DNA from: Planctomycetia bacterium
Lineage (GTDB): Bacteria > Planctomycetota > Planctomycetia > Pirellulales > JALHLM01
NCBI GenBank assembly: GCA_034440135.1
Contig: JAWXBP010000256.1
Location: 10,579 to 74,578 of the forward strand
Direction of reading: 5' to 3'
Length of the DNA: 64,000 nt
In this document: positions 17,041-25,721 of the stretch, piece after piece
How the letters are laid out: each line of letters begins with the position of its first letter
Numbering within the stretch: the stretch's first letter is position 1
Translations under genes and position numbers: made by a program
The notes under the pieces: generated by a model
What the model was told of the DNA's origin: nothing
Database searches by the model: none
The model's input: the letters and a program-made list of their open reading frames with translations, nothing else

Positions 17041-18327
17041 ACCGGTTTGGGGGTAGTCTCGCCGTTGGGAAACACCAAGGACGACCTGTGGGCCGCGCTG
17101 GCTGCGCGCCGTAGCGGCGTCGTTCACATGCCCGAGATGCCCGCGGGAGCGGCGCCGATGTCGTTCGGCGCTCCGGCGCGGTCGTTTACCGGGGCGATCG
17201 ATGATTATGGCCAGCTTGAACCGGATCAAAAGAAAGCGATCCGCAAAGCCATCAAGATGATGTGCCGCGAATCGCAGATGGGCGTTGCCGCCGCGCAACG
17301 CGCCTGGCAGGATGCCGGGTTGAAATCCGGCGTGCTCGATCCGGAACGCGCAGGCGTCGTCTTCGGCTCCGATTATATGATCACCGAGCCGGAAGATTTC
17401 ACGGCCGGCATCCAGAACTGCGTGGCGGACGGCGAGTTCGATTTCTCCCGTTGGGCCACCGAAGGCATGACGCGGATGACGCCGCTCTGGCTGCTTAAGT
17501 ATTTGCCCAACATGCCAGCCAGCCACATTGCCATCTACAACGACCTGCGCGGCCCGAACAATTCCCTCACGCAGCGCGAGGCTTCGGCCAACCTCGCCGT
17601 CGGCGAAGCGCTCCGCGTGATCCAGCGCGGCCACGCGGAGGTGATGCTCGCCGGCGCCACCGGCACCCGAATTCATCCCATGAAGATGGTCCACGCCGTA
17701 CAGCAAGAACCGCTGGCGACGGACGGCGTCCCTCCGGAAAAGGCCAGTCGCCCGTTCGATCTCCATCGTACCGGGCAAGTGCTGGGGGAAGGCGCCGGCG
17801 TGGTGTTGCTCGAAGAACTGGGCCACGCGCAAGCCCGCGGCGCGACCATTTACGCCGAAGTCGTCGGCGCATCGTCGTCCAGCGCCAGCGGTCGGAACTT
17901 TGTCGCGCGCCGCGAATTATCGCTGGCGAATGCCATGCGCGGCGCACTCCGCGATGCCCACCTGGATCCCGCTGATGTCGGCCACCTGCAAGCCCACGGC
18001 CTCGGCACCATCGGTTGCGACCTCGACGAAGCCCGCGCGATTCGGGACGTCTTCGGAGATCTCACAGAACGCCTGCCGGTTACCGCGGCGAAGAGCTACT
18101 TCGGACATCTCGGCGCAGCGAGCGGACTGGTCGAACTGATCGCCGGCGTGTTGGCACTCCAGCACCATCAATTGTTCCCGCTCCTGAACTACGAAACCCC
18201 AGACCCCGACTGCCCGGTCTGCGCAGTGACCCAAGATCATCAATCCCCCGGCGATAGTTTCTTGAGCCCCAGCGTCACGCCGCAAGGCCAAGCCAGTTGC
18301 GTAGCGGTACGCCGGTTCTTGAACTAG
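17008..18327 (+). CDS. beta-ketoacyl-ACP synthase (FabF/FabB fold) paralog with active-site Cys replaced by Glu
   Basis: RRVVITGLGVVSPLGN N-terminus. The FabF segment [23 protein letters not shown] corresponds here to DLRGPNNSLTQREASANLAVGEA, putting E at the Cys position. Both catalytic His contexts are retained (QAHGLGT, KSYFGHLGAASG). A GGAGG lies 10 nt upstream of the GTG start. Confidence 0.8.
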   Translation: MTPRSARRVVITGLGVVSPLGNTKDDLWAALAARRSGVVHMPEMPAGAAPMSFGAPARSFTGAIDDYGQLEPDQKKAIRKAIKMMCRESQMGVAAAQRAWQDAGLKSGVLDPERAGVVFGSDYMITEPEDFTAGIQNCVADGEFDFSRWATEGMTRMTPLWLLKYLPNMPASHIAIYNDLRGPNNSLTQREASANLAVGEALRVIQRGHAEVMLAGATGTRIHPMKMVHAVQQEPLATDGVPPEKASRPFDLHRTGQVLGEGAGVVLLEELGHAQARGATIYAEVVGASSSSASGRNFVARRELSLANAMRGALRDAHLDPADVGHLQAHGLGTIGCDLDEARAIRDVFGDLTERLPVTAAKSYFGHLGAASGLVELIAGVLALQHHQLFPLLNYETPDPDCPVCAVTQDHQSPGDSFLSPSVTPQGQASCVAVRRFLN

Positions 18328-18367
18328 CCGCGCGGCATAGTCTCCTTTCGCTCCGCGAAAGGCGACC

Positions 18368-19519
18368 ATGGTCGACGCTCGCAAGAGTTACGCAACTATG
18401 CAAACAAGCGACGTCCTGATTCTCGGCGGCGGCGCGATCGGCCTCTCGCTGGCGTATGAACTCGCCGGCAACGGCGCGAAAGTTCACGTCCTCGATCGCG
18501 CGGAACCTGGTCGCGCATCCTCCTGGGCCGGCGCCGGGATGATTCCCCCGGCGCCGCGAGATCCCGTCGACACGTTCCTACAACTCGCAAAACTCTCCGG
18601 CGAACTGCATCCGCGCTGGGCGGCAAAGCTGCTGGAGCAAACCGGCATCGACGTCGAATATCGCCCCACGGGCGCAATCTACCTCGCAGCGAATGCCCAA
18701 GAAGCGGACTGGCTGGCCGGAGAACAACACGGTTGGCAATCGCTCGGCATCGAACACCAGCCGATCGAACCACGGCAACTCCCCGATTGGGAACCGGAAG
18801 CGATGCCGGCCGCCCAACAGCATTGCCAACACGTCGCGGCCGCCTATCACTTGCCCGGCGAATCGCAGATTCGCAACCCGCGATTTGTCCGCGCATTGTT
18901 GGCCGGCTGTGCGCAACATGGCGTGCACATCATCGCCGGCGCGGAAGTCTTCGATTTCATCAAGCACGATGCGCGACTCACAGGCGTCCGCACCGCGAGC
19001 GGCGACTTCGCCGCCAGCCAAGTGTGCCTTGCCGCGGGCGCTTGGACCTCCAGCCTTGCCTCGAGACTCGGCGTCACGCTGGGCGTGACGCCGGTGCGCG
19101 GACAAATCGCGCTGCTCAACCCGGGGCGTCCGGTATTGCGGCGGATCATCAACTGCGGCCCGCGCTACCTGGTGCCACGCGTTGATGGCCGCGTGTTGGT
19201 CGGGTCCACAATGGAACACGTCGGCTTCGACACGCGCACTACGGCTGAGGGCATCGGCGGACTCCTGGAAATGGCCGGCGCGCTTGCCCCTGGCCTTGCA
19301 TCCGCGCCAGTCGAACGTTGCTGGGCAGGACTTCGCCCCGGCACGCCGGACGGCCTCCCGTACTTAGGGCGCATCCCCGGCTACGACAACGCCTTCATCG
19401 CCGCCGGCCACTACCGCAGCGGCCTCCAACTCGCGCCCGCCACAGCCGTCGTGATGAGGCAACTCCTGCGCGGTGAATCAACCAGTGTCCCGCTCGACGC
19501 CTTCCGCATGGACCGGTAG
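18368..19519 (+). CDS. FAD-dependent oxidoreductase, glycine oxidase ThiO-like
   Basis: Rossmann motif DVLILGGGAIGLSLAYELAGNGAKVHVLDR and C-terminal AAGHYRSGLQLAPATA typical of ThiO/DAO family enzymes. An alternative start lies at 18398 (MQTSDVLILGGG). Confidence 0.65.
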   Translation: MVDARKSYATMQTSDVLILGGGAIGLSLAYELAGNGAKVHVLDRAEPGRASSWAGAGMIPPAPRDPVDTFLQLAKLSGELHPRWAAKLLEQTGIDVEYRPTGAIYLAANAQEADWLAGEQHGWQSLGIEHQPIEPRQLPDWEPEAMPAAQQHCQHVAAAYHLPGESQIRNPRFVRALLAGCAQHGVHIIAGAEVFDFIKHDARLTGVRTASGDFAASQVCLAAGAWTSSLASRLGVTLGVTPVRGQIALLNPGRPVLRRIINCGPRYLVPRVDGRVLVGSTMEHVGFDTRTTAEGIGGLLEMAGALAPGLASAPVERCWAGLRPGTPDGLPYLGRIPGYDNAFIAAGHYRSGLQLAPATAVVMRQLLRGESTSVPLDAFRMDR

Positions 19520-19521
19520 TA

Positions 19522-19777
19522 GGATTCACCACGGACTCACGGGGGCACAGAGAAGATCGAGGGGGAGTCGTACGAAACGCGAATAGATTTGCAGTTACCG
19601 ATGAATGGCGAATGCCGAACCAAGAAAACATCGCCTCCCAAGTCCACTGAAAACTTCAAACTCTTGCGCTTTCCATTCCACTCCTGAATTCCTCCGCGTC
19701 TCAGCGCTTCCGAGTTTCAAAGTGTCTCCCCCACCTCACTTTTCTCCTCCGTGCCTCCGTGACTCCGTGGTGAATCC
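19522..19777. repeat. Palindromic element H1 (long spacer)
   Basis: GGATTCACCACGGACTCACGGGGGCACAGAGAAG ... CTCCTCCGTGCCTCCGTGACTCCGTGGTGAATCC. The 188-nt spacer contains the E2 fragment. Confidence 0.85.
19645..19663. repeat. Family E module 1 fragment (E2) nested in element H1
   Basis: CACTGAAAACTTCAAACTC. Confidence 0.6.
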
Positions 19778-19882
19778 TCCGGATTGATCGCCGCCGCGAA
19801 TCGGTTTGCGTGGCGTACACTTCCCCGGTCCAATAGTTGGCATGGCCCGTTCTGTCATGCGCCCCGGATTGAGGAAGCCACG

Positions 19883-21028
19883 GTGAATACTCACTGCTTG
19901 CGGTTGCGAACGATGCTGCCGATTCTGCTGATTGCCCTGCTCGCGCCGGCCACGGCCCACGCGATCACCAGCGCCGAGAAGCTCGGCTACGGGCCGGAGG
20001 ATCGCGTAGTGATTCTCGGCGTCACGCACTTCGGCTGGGCGTACGAGACGAACGCCGCGGTGAGCGAAATCCTCGCCCAGCCGGAACTGCGCGTCAGCGC
20101 CGAGGTGATGGTCGTCGGCCCTTGGTTCGACGACGTGACGACCTGGCGCAAGCATCATCCCGAGAAAGAACTCGGCGTCATGCTCACGCTGCTTTCTGAA
20201 GGGGACGCCTACCGCTTCGGCCCCGCCGGTAAGCCACAACAACTAGCGGGACTGATCGATGAAGAAGGCCGTCTGCCTGGCTCGCTGCGTCGCTTGGAAA
20301 TGAACGCCTCGCCGAAAGTGATTGAACACGAGCTCCGCGCACAGATTGAGCGCTGCCTGAAAGCTGGCATCCGCCCCACGCACCTGATGACGCACAAGGG
20401 CGTGCTGTTCTCACGCGTCGACCTGGCCGAGATCTACATGCGCCTCGCGCAGGAGTATTGGATTCCGGCCGTTGTCGTGGAACTGAAGCCGGAAATGCTC
20501 GAACTCTTCGCGAGCAATGGGATGCCGGTGGAAGAAGGGTTGGTCGATCTGATCTCTCGCTATCCCATGCCCAAGCTCGACGAGCTGCGCATCGCGCCGG
20601 AAGGCGAAACCTACGAAGCCAAGCGCGCGGCGCTGTTGGAGATGATCGCGCAATTGCCGCCGGGTTTGTCCGAGGTGTACTTCCGCGCCGCCGAGGAATC
20701 GAACGCGCTCAAGCGACTGACGCCGCGCTGGCAACAAATGGTCTGGGATCGCGAACTGCTGCTCGATCCAGCGGTACGAGAGCACTTCAAGTCGCAAGGC
20801 ATCATCCTCACCGACTGGCGGGAAGTGATGCAACGCTTCGAAGGCACATTACCGGCGGAAACGGCGAACGAAGCGGTTGAAGACGGCAACGTTCCGTTGG
20901 ACGACATCAGTGCGGAACTCCGCCGCAACCGTATCGATGTGCCGGAACCGCGAGTGAAGGAACTCCTCGAGCCTCCGGTCGATACCGAGATTCGCACTGA
21001 CACGCCCAAGGTCGTCCCGCGCCGCTAG
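19883..21028 (+). CDS. secreted protein, possibly a divergent YdjC/ChbG-like carbohydrate deacetylase
   Basis: Signal peptide MNTHCLRLRTMLPILLIALLAPATAHA (GTG 19883 or ATG 19913). Weak similarity to the YdjC pattern (VILGVTHFGWAYETNAAV; IRPTHLMTHKG), but the canonical DD of the DDxG motif is not conserved. Confidence 0.35.
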   Translation: MNTHCLRLRTMLPILLIALLAPATAHAITSAEKLGYGPEDRVVILGVTHFGWAYETNAAVSEILAQPELRVSAEVMVVGPWFDDVTTWRKHHPEKELGVMLTLLSEGDAYRFGPAGKPQQLAGLIDEEGRLPGSLRRLEMNASPKVIEHELRAQIERCLKAGIRPTHLMTHKGVLFSRVDLAEIYMRLAQEYWIPAVVVELKPEMLELFASNGMPVEEGLVDLISRYPMPKLDELRIAPEGETYEAKRAALLEMIAQLPPGLSEVYFRAAEESNALKRLTPRWQQMVWDRELLLDPAVREHFKSQGIILTDWREVMQRFEGTLPAETANEAVEDGNVPLDDISAELRRNRIDVPEPRVKELLEPPVDTEIRTDTPKVVPRR

Positions 21029-21049
21029 CGCCAAGCAAATACCAGCCCT

Positions 21050-21466
21050 ATGTTCAACGTGCTTAACATTCGTCGACTCGTCGCCGTGCTGGCCGCTGTG
21101 CTCGGCGCTGCCGATGTTGCCTTCGCGCAGTATCAGCAAAACAGGTCGTACTCGGACTACTATCGCGACCAGTACCAGACGACGCGGAACGTGCCGAAAT
21201 CGGCCGCGAATTACACGATCGACAAGTACTACTACCACAACAAAAACATCAGCCCGTACTTGAACCTGGTCCGGCCGACCAGTTCGTACAACCCGCGCTA
21301 TCAGAGCCTGGTCCAGCCGGAAGTCCAGCGCCGCGCGAATCAACAACAGGCCGCCCGCCGCCCCACGCCGAACTTCTCCGCGTCGCCCACGTACGGCGGC
21401 GGCGGAGGCAGAGCGAAACCGGCCTACCACGACCACTGGTACGGCGGCCTGCTGACAGGCCCGTAA
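21050..21466 (+). CDS. small secreted Tyr/Gln/Asn-rich protein, hypothetical
   Basis: Signal peptide LVAVLAAVLGAADVAFA, then low-complexity sequence QYQQNRSYSDYYRDQYQ...YYYHNKN. Confidence 0.5.
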   Translation: MFNVLNIRRLVAVLAAVLGAADVAFAQYQQNRSYSDYYRDQYQTTRNVPKSAANYTIDKYYYHNKNISPYLNLVRPTSSYNPRYQSLVQPEVQRRANQQQAARRPTPNFSASPTYGGGGGRAKPAYHDHWYGGLLTGP

Positions 21467-21492
21467 GTCAGTAGCACAGCGCCGTCCCTCTC

Positions 21493-21558
21493 AAGCCCAG
21501 GGAAGGCCCTCGACAATCGTCGACTACAAGTAGATTCTCGACGGCCTTCCCTGGGCTT
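21493..21558. repeat. Family C palindromic element, copy C2
   Basis: AAGCCCAGGGAAGGCCCTCGAC ... CTCGACGGCCTTCCCTGGGCTT, in the convergent gap between 21466 and 21590. Confidence 0.8.
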
Positions 21559-21589
21559 ATCGCGCGCAAGCGGCGCAATCAAGCGATTC

Positions 21590-23311
21590 TTACTCCGGCA
21601 ACGGCCGATCTTTCGTCTCCGGTGCAAACGGCAGCACCAACAGGCCGATCAGGTAAACCGAGCACATCGTGATCGCGGCCGGTCGCAATGGTTCGGCGTA
21701 ATCGCTGAAGACGTTGTTGCTCAGATACCCGAGGAACAGGGGGCCGCTGGCGGAAAGGTAGCGTCCCACGTTGTAGCAAAACGACGTGCCTGTGCTCCGC
21801 AGTCGCGTGGGAAACAACTCCGGGAAATAGATCGCATACCCGCCAAACACCGACAACTGGCAGAAGCCCATCAGCGGGATCATCCAATAGAAATCGGTGA
21901 CGTCGTTGAACGACGAGAACACGAGAATCGTACTCAGCATCGCCAAGATGAAAGACACGGCAAACGCGAACCGGCGTCCGGTGTAGTGCGTCAGCGTCGT
22001 GAACATGTAGATCCCGAAGAACGCGCCTATGTTCTGCACGAACAGCGTCAGCCCGGCAAGCGAAGTCAGGCTCCCCTTGATCCCCTGCGTACGGCCGGCG
22101 ATGCGATCAACATGCGATTGCATCGCCTCCGGAGTCGGCGCGGCGCCTGTCGTCTCAACGTTGAGATATGCGGCGCGGCGCGTGCGCACTGCTTCGGCGT
22201 CGCCCGCCGGCAATTTGGCCGATTGCTCTAACACGGCCTCCTTGGTGATCGCTTGGCCGGACTTCTTCTGTTCCAGAATGGCCGTGTAAATGGCCGAGGC
22301 GTCCCGATCGTCCGCCGTCAGGTTGATCAAGTCCGCGGCGTTGACTTTGATGGCGATCGCATCGAGCGTCGCTGGCTGTTGCACAAGCAGATTCAGAAAC
22401 GCGCGGTCCTCCGCCGCAGCACCTTGTTCACGCGCCTCGGCATGATATTGCCGCGTAAACACGGAGCGGATCAATTCCGGACTGAAAAAGCCGATCCCCC
22501 AGACGCCCACGACGCCGGACGTGGCCAACGCCAGCCCAACGAGCGCCCGGCGGCGAAATTCGGGGTTGCCGAGCAATTCAGAATACGAACCAAGCTGCTT
22601 GCCGCCGTCGTTCTTGTGCGCGGCGACGAGCGCCTTCCATTGTTCCGGCTCTTTGAGTCGCTTGCGAATGACGATAGCCAACAACGCCGGCAATGTGCCG
22701 ATGACGAACATTAGCCGCCAGGGGGTGAACTTGATGCCCCACAGGTCCCAATTGTCGATCACTCCGGTTTGCTCGAGTTGACCTAGGCTTAAGCCCACCA
22801 GCGCCGCGGTGATGTTGCCTACCGCGGATAGGGCCTGCAAGAGCCCTAGCGCATGCGGCCGCGCGCGATCGGGCATCACTTCCGCGACGAGCGCCACGCC
22901 GACAGCGAACTCCCCTCCTACGCCGAGGCCGGTCAGAAAGCGGTACAGCGCGAAGTCCCAGAAGCCCTTTGAGAATGCGCTCAATCCGGTGCAGAATGAG
23001 TACAGCAGAATTGTCAGCATCATCGTTTTGGCGCGGCCGAAGCGGTCCCCCAGCACGCCAAAAAAAATGCCGCCGGTCGCCCAGCCGATCATGAAGATCG
23101 AAGTGACTTGCGTGATGCCTTCGCGCACGACCGCGTCGTCAGGCCGTTGCCCGGGCGACGGCGCCAGCAATTCCACCATGGCCGGCTGGCGCGCCAGGTT
23201 GAACAACTGCTGGTCCATCGTGTCGAATAACCAGCCCAGCGCCGCCACGATCAGCACGAACCAGTGATACCGGTTCAGTTCGTGATACCAGCGGCGAGGG
23301 GCGGTGCTCAT
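21590..23311 (-). CDS. MFS transporter with large central loop
   Basis: 12-TM pattern, MFS motif GVLGDRFGRAKTM, and a ~190-aa hydrophilic insert between TM6 and TM7. The start is chosen at MSTAPRRWYHELNRYHW (ATG 23311), which has GGAAGG upstream. The ORF track starts at 23374. Confidence 0.8.
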   Translation of the reverse strand: MSTAPRRWYHELNRYHWFVLIVAALGWLFDTMDQQLFNLARQPAMVELLAPSPGQRPDDAVVREGITQVTSIFMIGWATGGIFFGVLGDRFGRAKTMMLTILLYSFCTGLSAFSKGFWDFALYRFLTGLGVGGEFAVGVALVAEVMPDRARPHALGLLQALSAVGNITAALVGLSLGQLEQTGVIDNWDLWGIKFTPWRLMFVIGTLPALLAIVIRKRLKEPEQWKALVAAHKNDGGKQLGSYSELLGNPEFRRRALVGLALATSGVVGVWGIGFFSPELIRSVFTRQYHAEAREQGAAAEDRAFLNLLVQQPATLDAIAIKVNAADLINLTADDRDASAIYTAILEQKKSGQAITKEAVLEQSAKLPAGDAEAVRTRRAAYLNVETTGAAPTPEAMQSHVDRIAGRTQGIKGSLTSLAGLTLFVQNIGAFFGIYMFTTLTHYTGRRFAFAVSFILAMLSTILVFSSFNDVTDFYWMIPLMGFCQLSVFGGYAIYFPELFPTRLRSTGTSFCYNVGRYLSASGPLFLGYLSNNVFSDYAEPLRPAAITMCSVYLIGLLVLPFAPETKDRPLPE

Positions 23312-23440
23312 GCGGGAGACCTTCCGGGGCGCGAGTGACAAGTCCGAGGCGGGAGCGCGCGTTAGAACACGCACGCCGCCAGGGATTGTAACCGCCTCAG
23401 TGAAGCCCCGAAACCCTTAGAGCGCATTCCCGGAAATGAC

Positions 23441-23542
23441 CTGTGGGAGGCGTCTCCGACGCCGATGGAGCGATCGATGTGGCCCGCTCAGTTTGCGCGG
23501 TCGCCGCGACCATTCCATCGGCGTCGGAGACGCCTCCCACAG
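23441..23542. repeat. Family A palindromic element, copy A2
   Basis: The same 26-nt arms in inverted orientation with an unrelated 50-nt spacer. It lies between the MFS gene start and a small ORF. Confidence 0.9.
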
Positions 23543-23583
23543 TTTGTCGAGGTTGACCGGATCAGTTCATCAACATCGCGTGG

Positions 23584-23805
23584 CTAATGGGCCACGGTAT
23601 GCAGCTCCATCGCCTCTTGATAGCGCCGCGATAAGGTCCGCCCGTTTAAGATTCGGTCCGCCAGCTCGGTCCCTGGCCGCTTGCCGGCGACCAGTTCTCG
23701 GTCCGGATTCCAAGTCTCAGGCTCCGCCGCGCCGGCCTCCTTGCGCCGCGCTATCAGTCCCAACAGGTGCCAAAGATCGTATCGCAGTTTCGGTTCGTCG
23801 TTCAT
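23584..23805 (-). CDS. small hypothetical protein downstream of the ECF sigma factor
   Basis: 73-aa ORF MNDEPKLRYDLWHLLGLIARRKEAG... with no TM, no zinc anti-sigma motif and no convincing SD. Confidence 0.25.
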   Translation of the reverse strand: MNDEPKLRYDLWHLLGLIARRKEAGAAEPETWNPDRELVAGKRPGTELADRILNGRTLSRRYQEAMELHTVAH

Positions 23806-23836
23806 GGTATTGTCTTGGTATCTCCGCGTCTCCGCG

Positions 23837-23867
23837 GTGAGAAATGTGAAATGTGAAATGTGAAAAA
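23837..23867. repeat. short tandem heptamer (GAAATGT x3)
   Basis: GTGAGAAATGTGAAATGTGAAATGTGAAAAA, between the ECF sigma stop and the small downstream ORF. Confidence 0.7.
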
Positions 23868-23950
23868 GCGGAAACGACCGGCGGCGAATGGCCTCGACCC
23901 CACGGAAGTCCACCCAGTGACTTCCTGCCCGGAATTCGGGGTCTCGGCCA

Positions 23951-24526
23951 TTACACCGCCATCGTTTCCAACTCCCGCGCGAGGCGCTTCCGCGCCACGT
24001 GCAACCGGCGCTTGATGGTGCCCACCGGAGACTCGAAAGCGTTGCTCATCTCGGCCAACGACTGGCCTTCGACGTAGAACGCCACCAACGTCTCCCGGTC
24101 CATCTGGCCCAACCGGCGCAAACCGTCGCGGACCTGTTCCGCCCGCTCGCTCGCGAGCGCCCGGCCGAGCGGGGTTTCCGGCTCGGCACAAGTTGCTTCG
24201 AGCGAAGACGGATCGGTCGGCACGGCGCCGCCGCCGCGCACGGCCCGATTGATTGCCATCCGCTGGGTGATCGAACGCAACCAGCCCGGGAATGCATCCG
24301 GCTCACGGAGCTGGCCGATCTTGCGCAAGACCTGGACGAAGACCTCTTGGGTCAACTCCTGGGCCTCGGCATGATTCCGCAAGCGCCGCAACGCGATGCT
24401 GTAGACGGTCGTTTCGTAACGCTGAATCAACGCTCCGAACGCCGCGCGGTCGCCATTTTGCGCCGCGCGCACGTCGAGCGCGAGCTGTGAGTATTCCTCT
24501 GCCTCGGGGGCAGTTGAAGCGGTCAT
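23951..24526 (-). CDS. ECF-type RNA polymerase sigma-70 family factor
   Basis: Region 2 (FGALIQRYETTVYSIALRRLRNHAEAQELTQEVFVQV) and region 4 (RETLVAFYVEGQSLAEMSNAFESPVGTIKRRLHVARKRL). Start at MTASTAPEAEEY with AAGGAG 8 nt upstream. Confidence 0.85.
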   Translation of the reverse strand: MTASTAPEAEEYSQLALDVRAAQNGDRAAFGALIQRYETTVYSIALRRLRNHAEAQELTQEVFVQVLRKIGQLREPDAFPGWLRSITQRMAINRAVRGGGAVPTDPSSLEATCAEPETPLGRALASERAEQVRDGLRRLGQMDRETLVAFYVEGQSLAEMSNAFESPVGTIKRRLHVARKRLARELETMAV

Positions 24527-24685
24527 TGGAGTCTCTCCTTGCACGAACGAGGTTTCAAAGCACGCAGGAAGAGACCGCGGGAGCCGGCTTGGTAAGCGAT
24601 GGGTACGTACCATCGCTACCGGCCGCGGTCGTCGTGCCGCCGTTCGTCGTTAGGAGCGGATTGAGTGGGGTCGACTACCGACCCT

Positions 24686-24973
24686 TCACGCAGTTCCGCA
24701 CGACGAACAGGGCACGCCACACACCGGTTGACTCTGGAATCCCACGAACGACGAGCTCGACATGAGCCCCGCATAGGATTCCGAGAGCCACGACTTGGAA
24801 CGCTCTTTCAGCGGTTTCCACAGTCGTGCCGGCAACGCCGTGGCGTGCCTCGTTGCGAGATGGCGCGCGCCTGCGATCATGCGCACAACATCACCCGTAA
24901 CGACGACGACGAAGTCCTGGCAATTGCCAATGACATTGATCGTGTTGACGGTAATGTTTGTGTTGCAACGCAT
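24686..24973 (-). CDS. 95-aa Cys-containing hypothetical peptide upstream of the ECF sigma gene
   Basis: ATG at 24973 preceded by AAGGAG-CGACCC (6-nt spacer). Translation is MRCNTNITVNTINVIGNCQDFVVVVTGDVVRMIAG...QPVCGVPCSSCGTA. Third-position GC is high. I recognise no family. Confidence 0.35.
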   Translation of the reverse strand: MRCNTNITVNTINVIGNCQDFVVVVTGDVVRMIAGARHLATRHATALPARLWKPLKERSKSWLSESYAGLMSSSSFVGFQSQPVCGVPCSSCGTA

Positions 24974-25417
24974 GGGTCGCTCCTTTGCGCATCCGCGCCC
25001 GAAATAGAGAATCCGAGGGTAAAAAGATAAACCCGAGGACCGTGGCCCGTTGGTGGGCCGCACCCGGCGTCCGACCATCGGACGCCGTTCAGTTCGCTCC
25101 GTGCTCCGGGACGTCAGCGGCCGGCTGATGTAGCCCGCCGCCAAAAAGTCCGCTCAGCACCGCAAGCCTACCATCATACGCTCCGCCCTCCGGACGGAAA
25201 ATACGATGGTACCCCTGCTGAGAGTACCATTCGGAAAAAAAGGTTCGCCCCGGCCGAAGAAAAAAGGGGGAAATCTTCATTCTCCCGCGAAATTAGCCCT
25301 ACTGAGGGGGCGGACGGGGACGCCGCCGTCGGAAAACGGCCTCCCGCGGCCGCTACTTTCTAATCCGCGACCAACCTCCAGCGCATCGGCCCTCGGTGGA
25401 ATACACGACTCAGCAGG

Positions 25418-25572
25418 AACCACGAAAAGCACGAAAAGCACCAACATTAGGAGGCCTTGGTACATCCAAGGTGGCCAATCCATAGCCAGCGTTCGCACCA
25501 ATTTGCCTGTGGCATTCACGCCGCAATCCCTGGCACAACAAGGCGTTCGTGCCTTTCGTGACTTTCGTGGTT
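25418..25572. repeat. Family D palindromic element, copy D3
   Basis: AACCACGAAAAGCACGAAAAGCACCAAC ... CGTTCGTGCCTTTCGTGACTTTCGTGGTT. Confidence 0.8.
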
Positions 25573-25661
25573 GCTTCCTAATGCCTGGAAGAAGGCGTGT
25601 AGAACATTGAGGCCTCGACCATCAATGGCGACTCAGCCTGTTTTTCTGCAATCGCGAGCTC

Positions 25662-25707
25662 TTGACATCGCGACGCGACCGCAATACTGTACTAGTACAA
25701 TAGTACA
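25662..25707 (+). promoter_or_regulatory. sigma-70-type promoter with overlapping GntR/YtrA-type operator
   Basis: TTGACA (25662-25667), a 17-nt spacer, then TACTGT (25685-25690). A perfect 12-bp palindrome TGTACTAGTACA (25688-25699) is followed by a third half-site ATAGTACA. It ends 15 nt before the GntR ATG. Confidence 0.55.
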
Positions 25708-25721
25708 CATGAGGCCCTGCG

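Noticed and set aside
16612-17832. 406-aa ORF on the minus strand
   Set aside because: It overlaps the ketosynthase-like gene antisense and runs through palindrome F1 and the direct repeat. It is Arg/Gly-rich, low-complexity sequence with no recognisable domain.
24665-25030. 121-aa plus-strand ORF in the ECF-upstream gap
   Set aside because: It is Arg-rich with no SD, and it overlaps the better-supported minus-strand small ORF. I treat it as non-coding.
25591-25604. Exact 14-mer GAAGGCGTGTAGAA shared with 33139-33152, both about 100 nt upstream of plus-strand genes (possible common promoter motif)
   Set aside because: A rough calculation, (64,000)^2 / 4^14, predicts several exact 14-mer pairs by chance in a window this size. 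No acceptable -35 sits at the right spacing, so it is not significant on its own.
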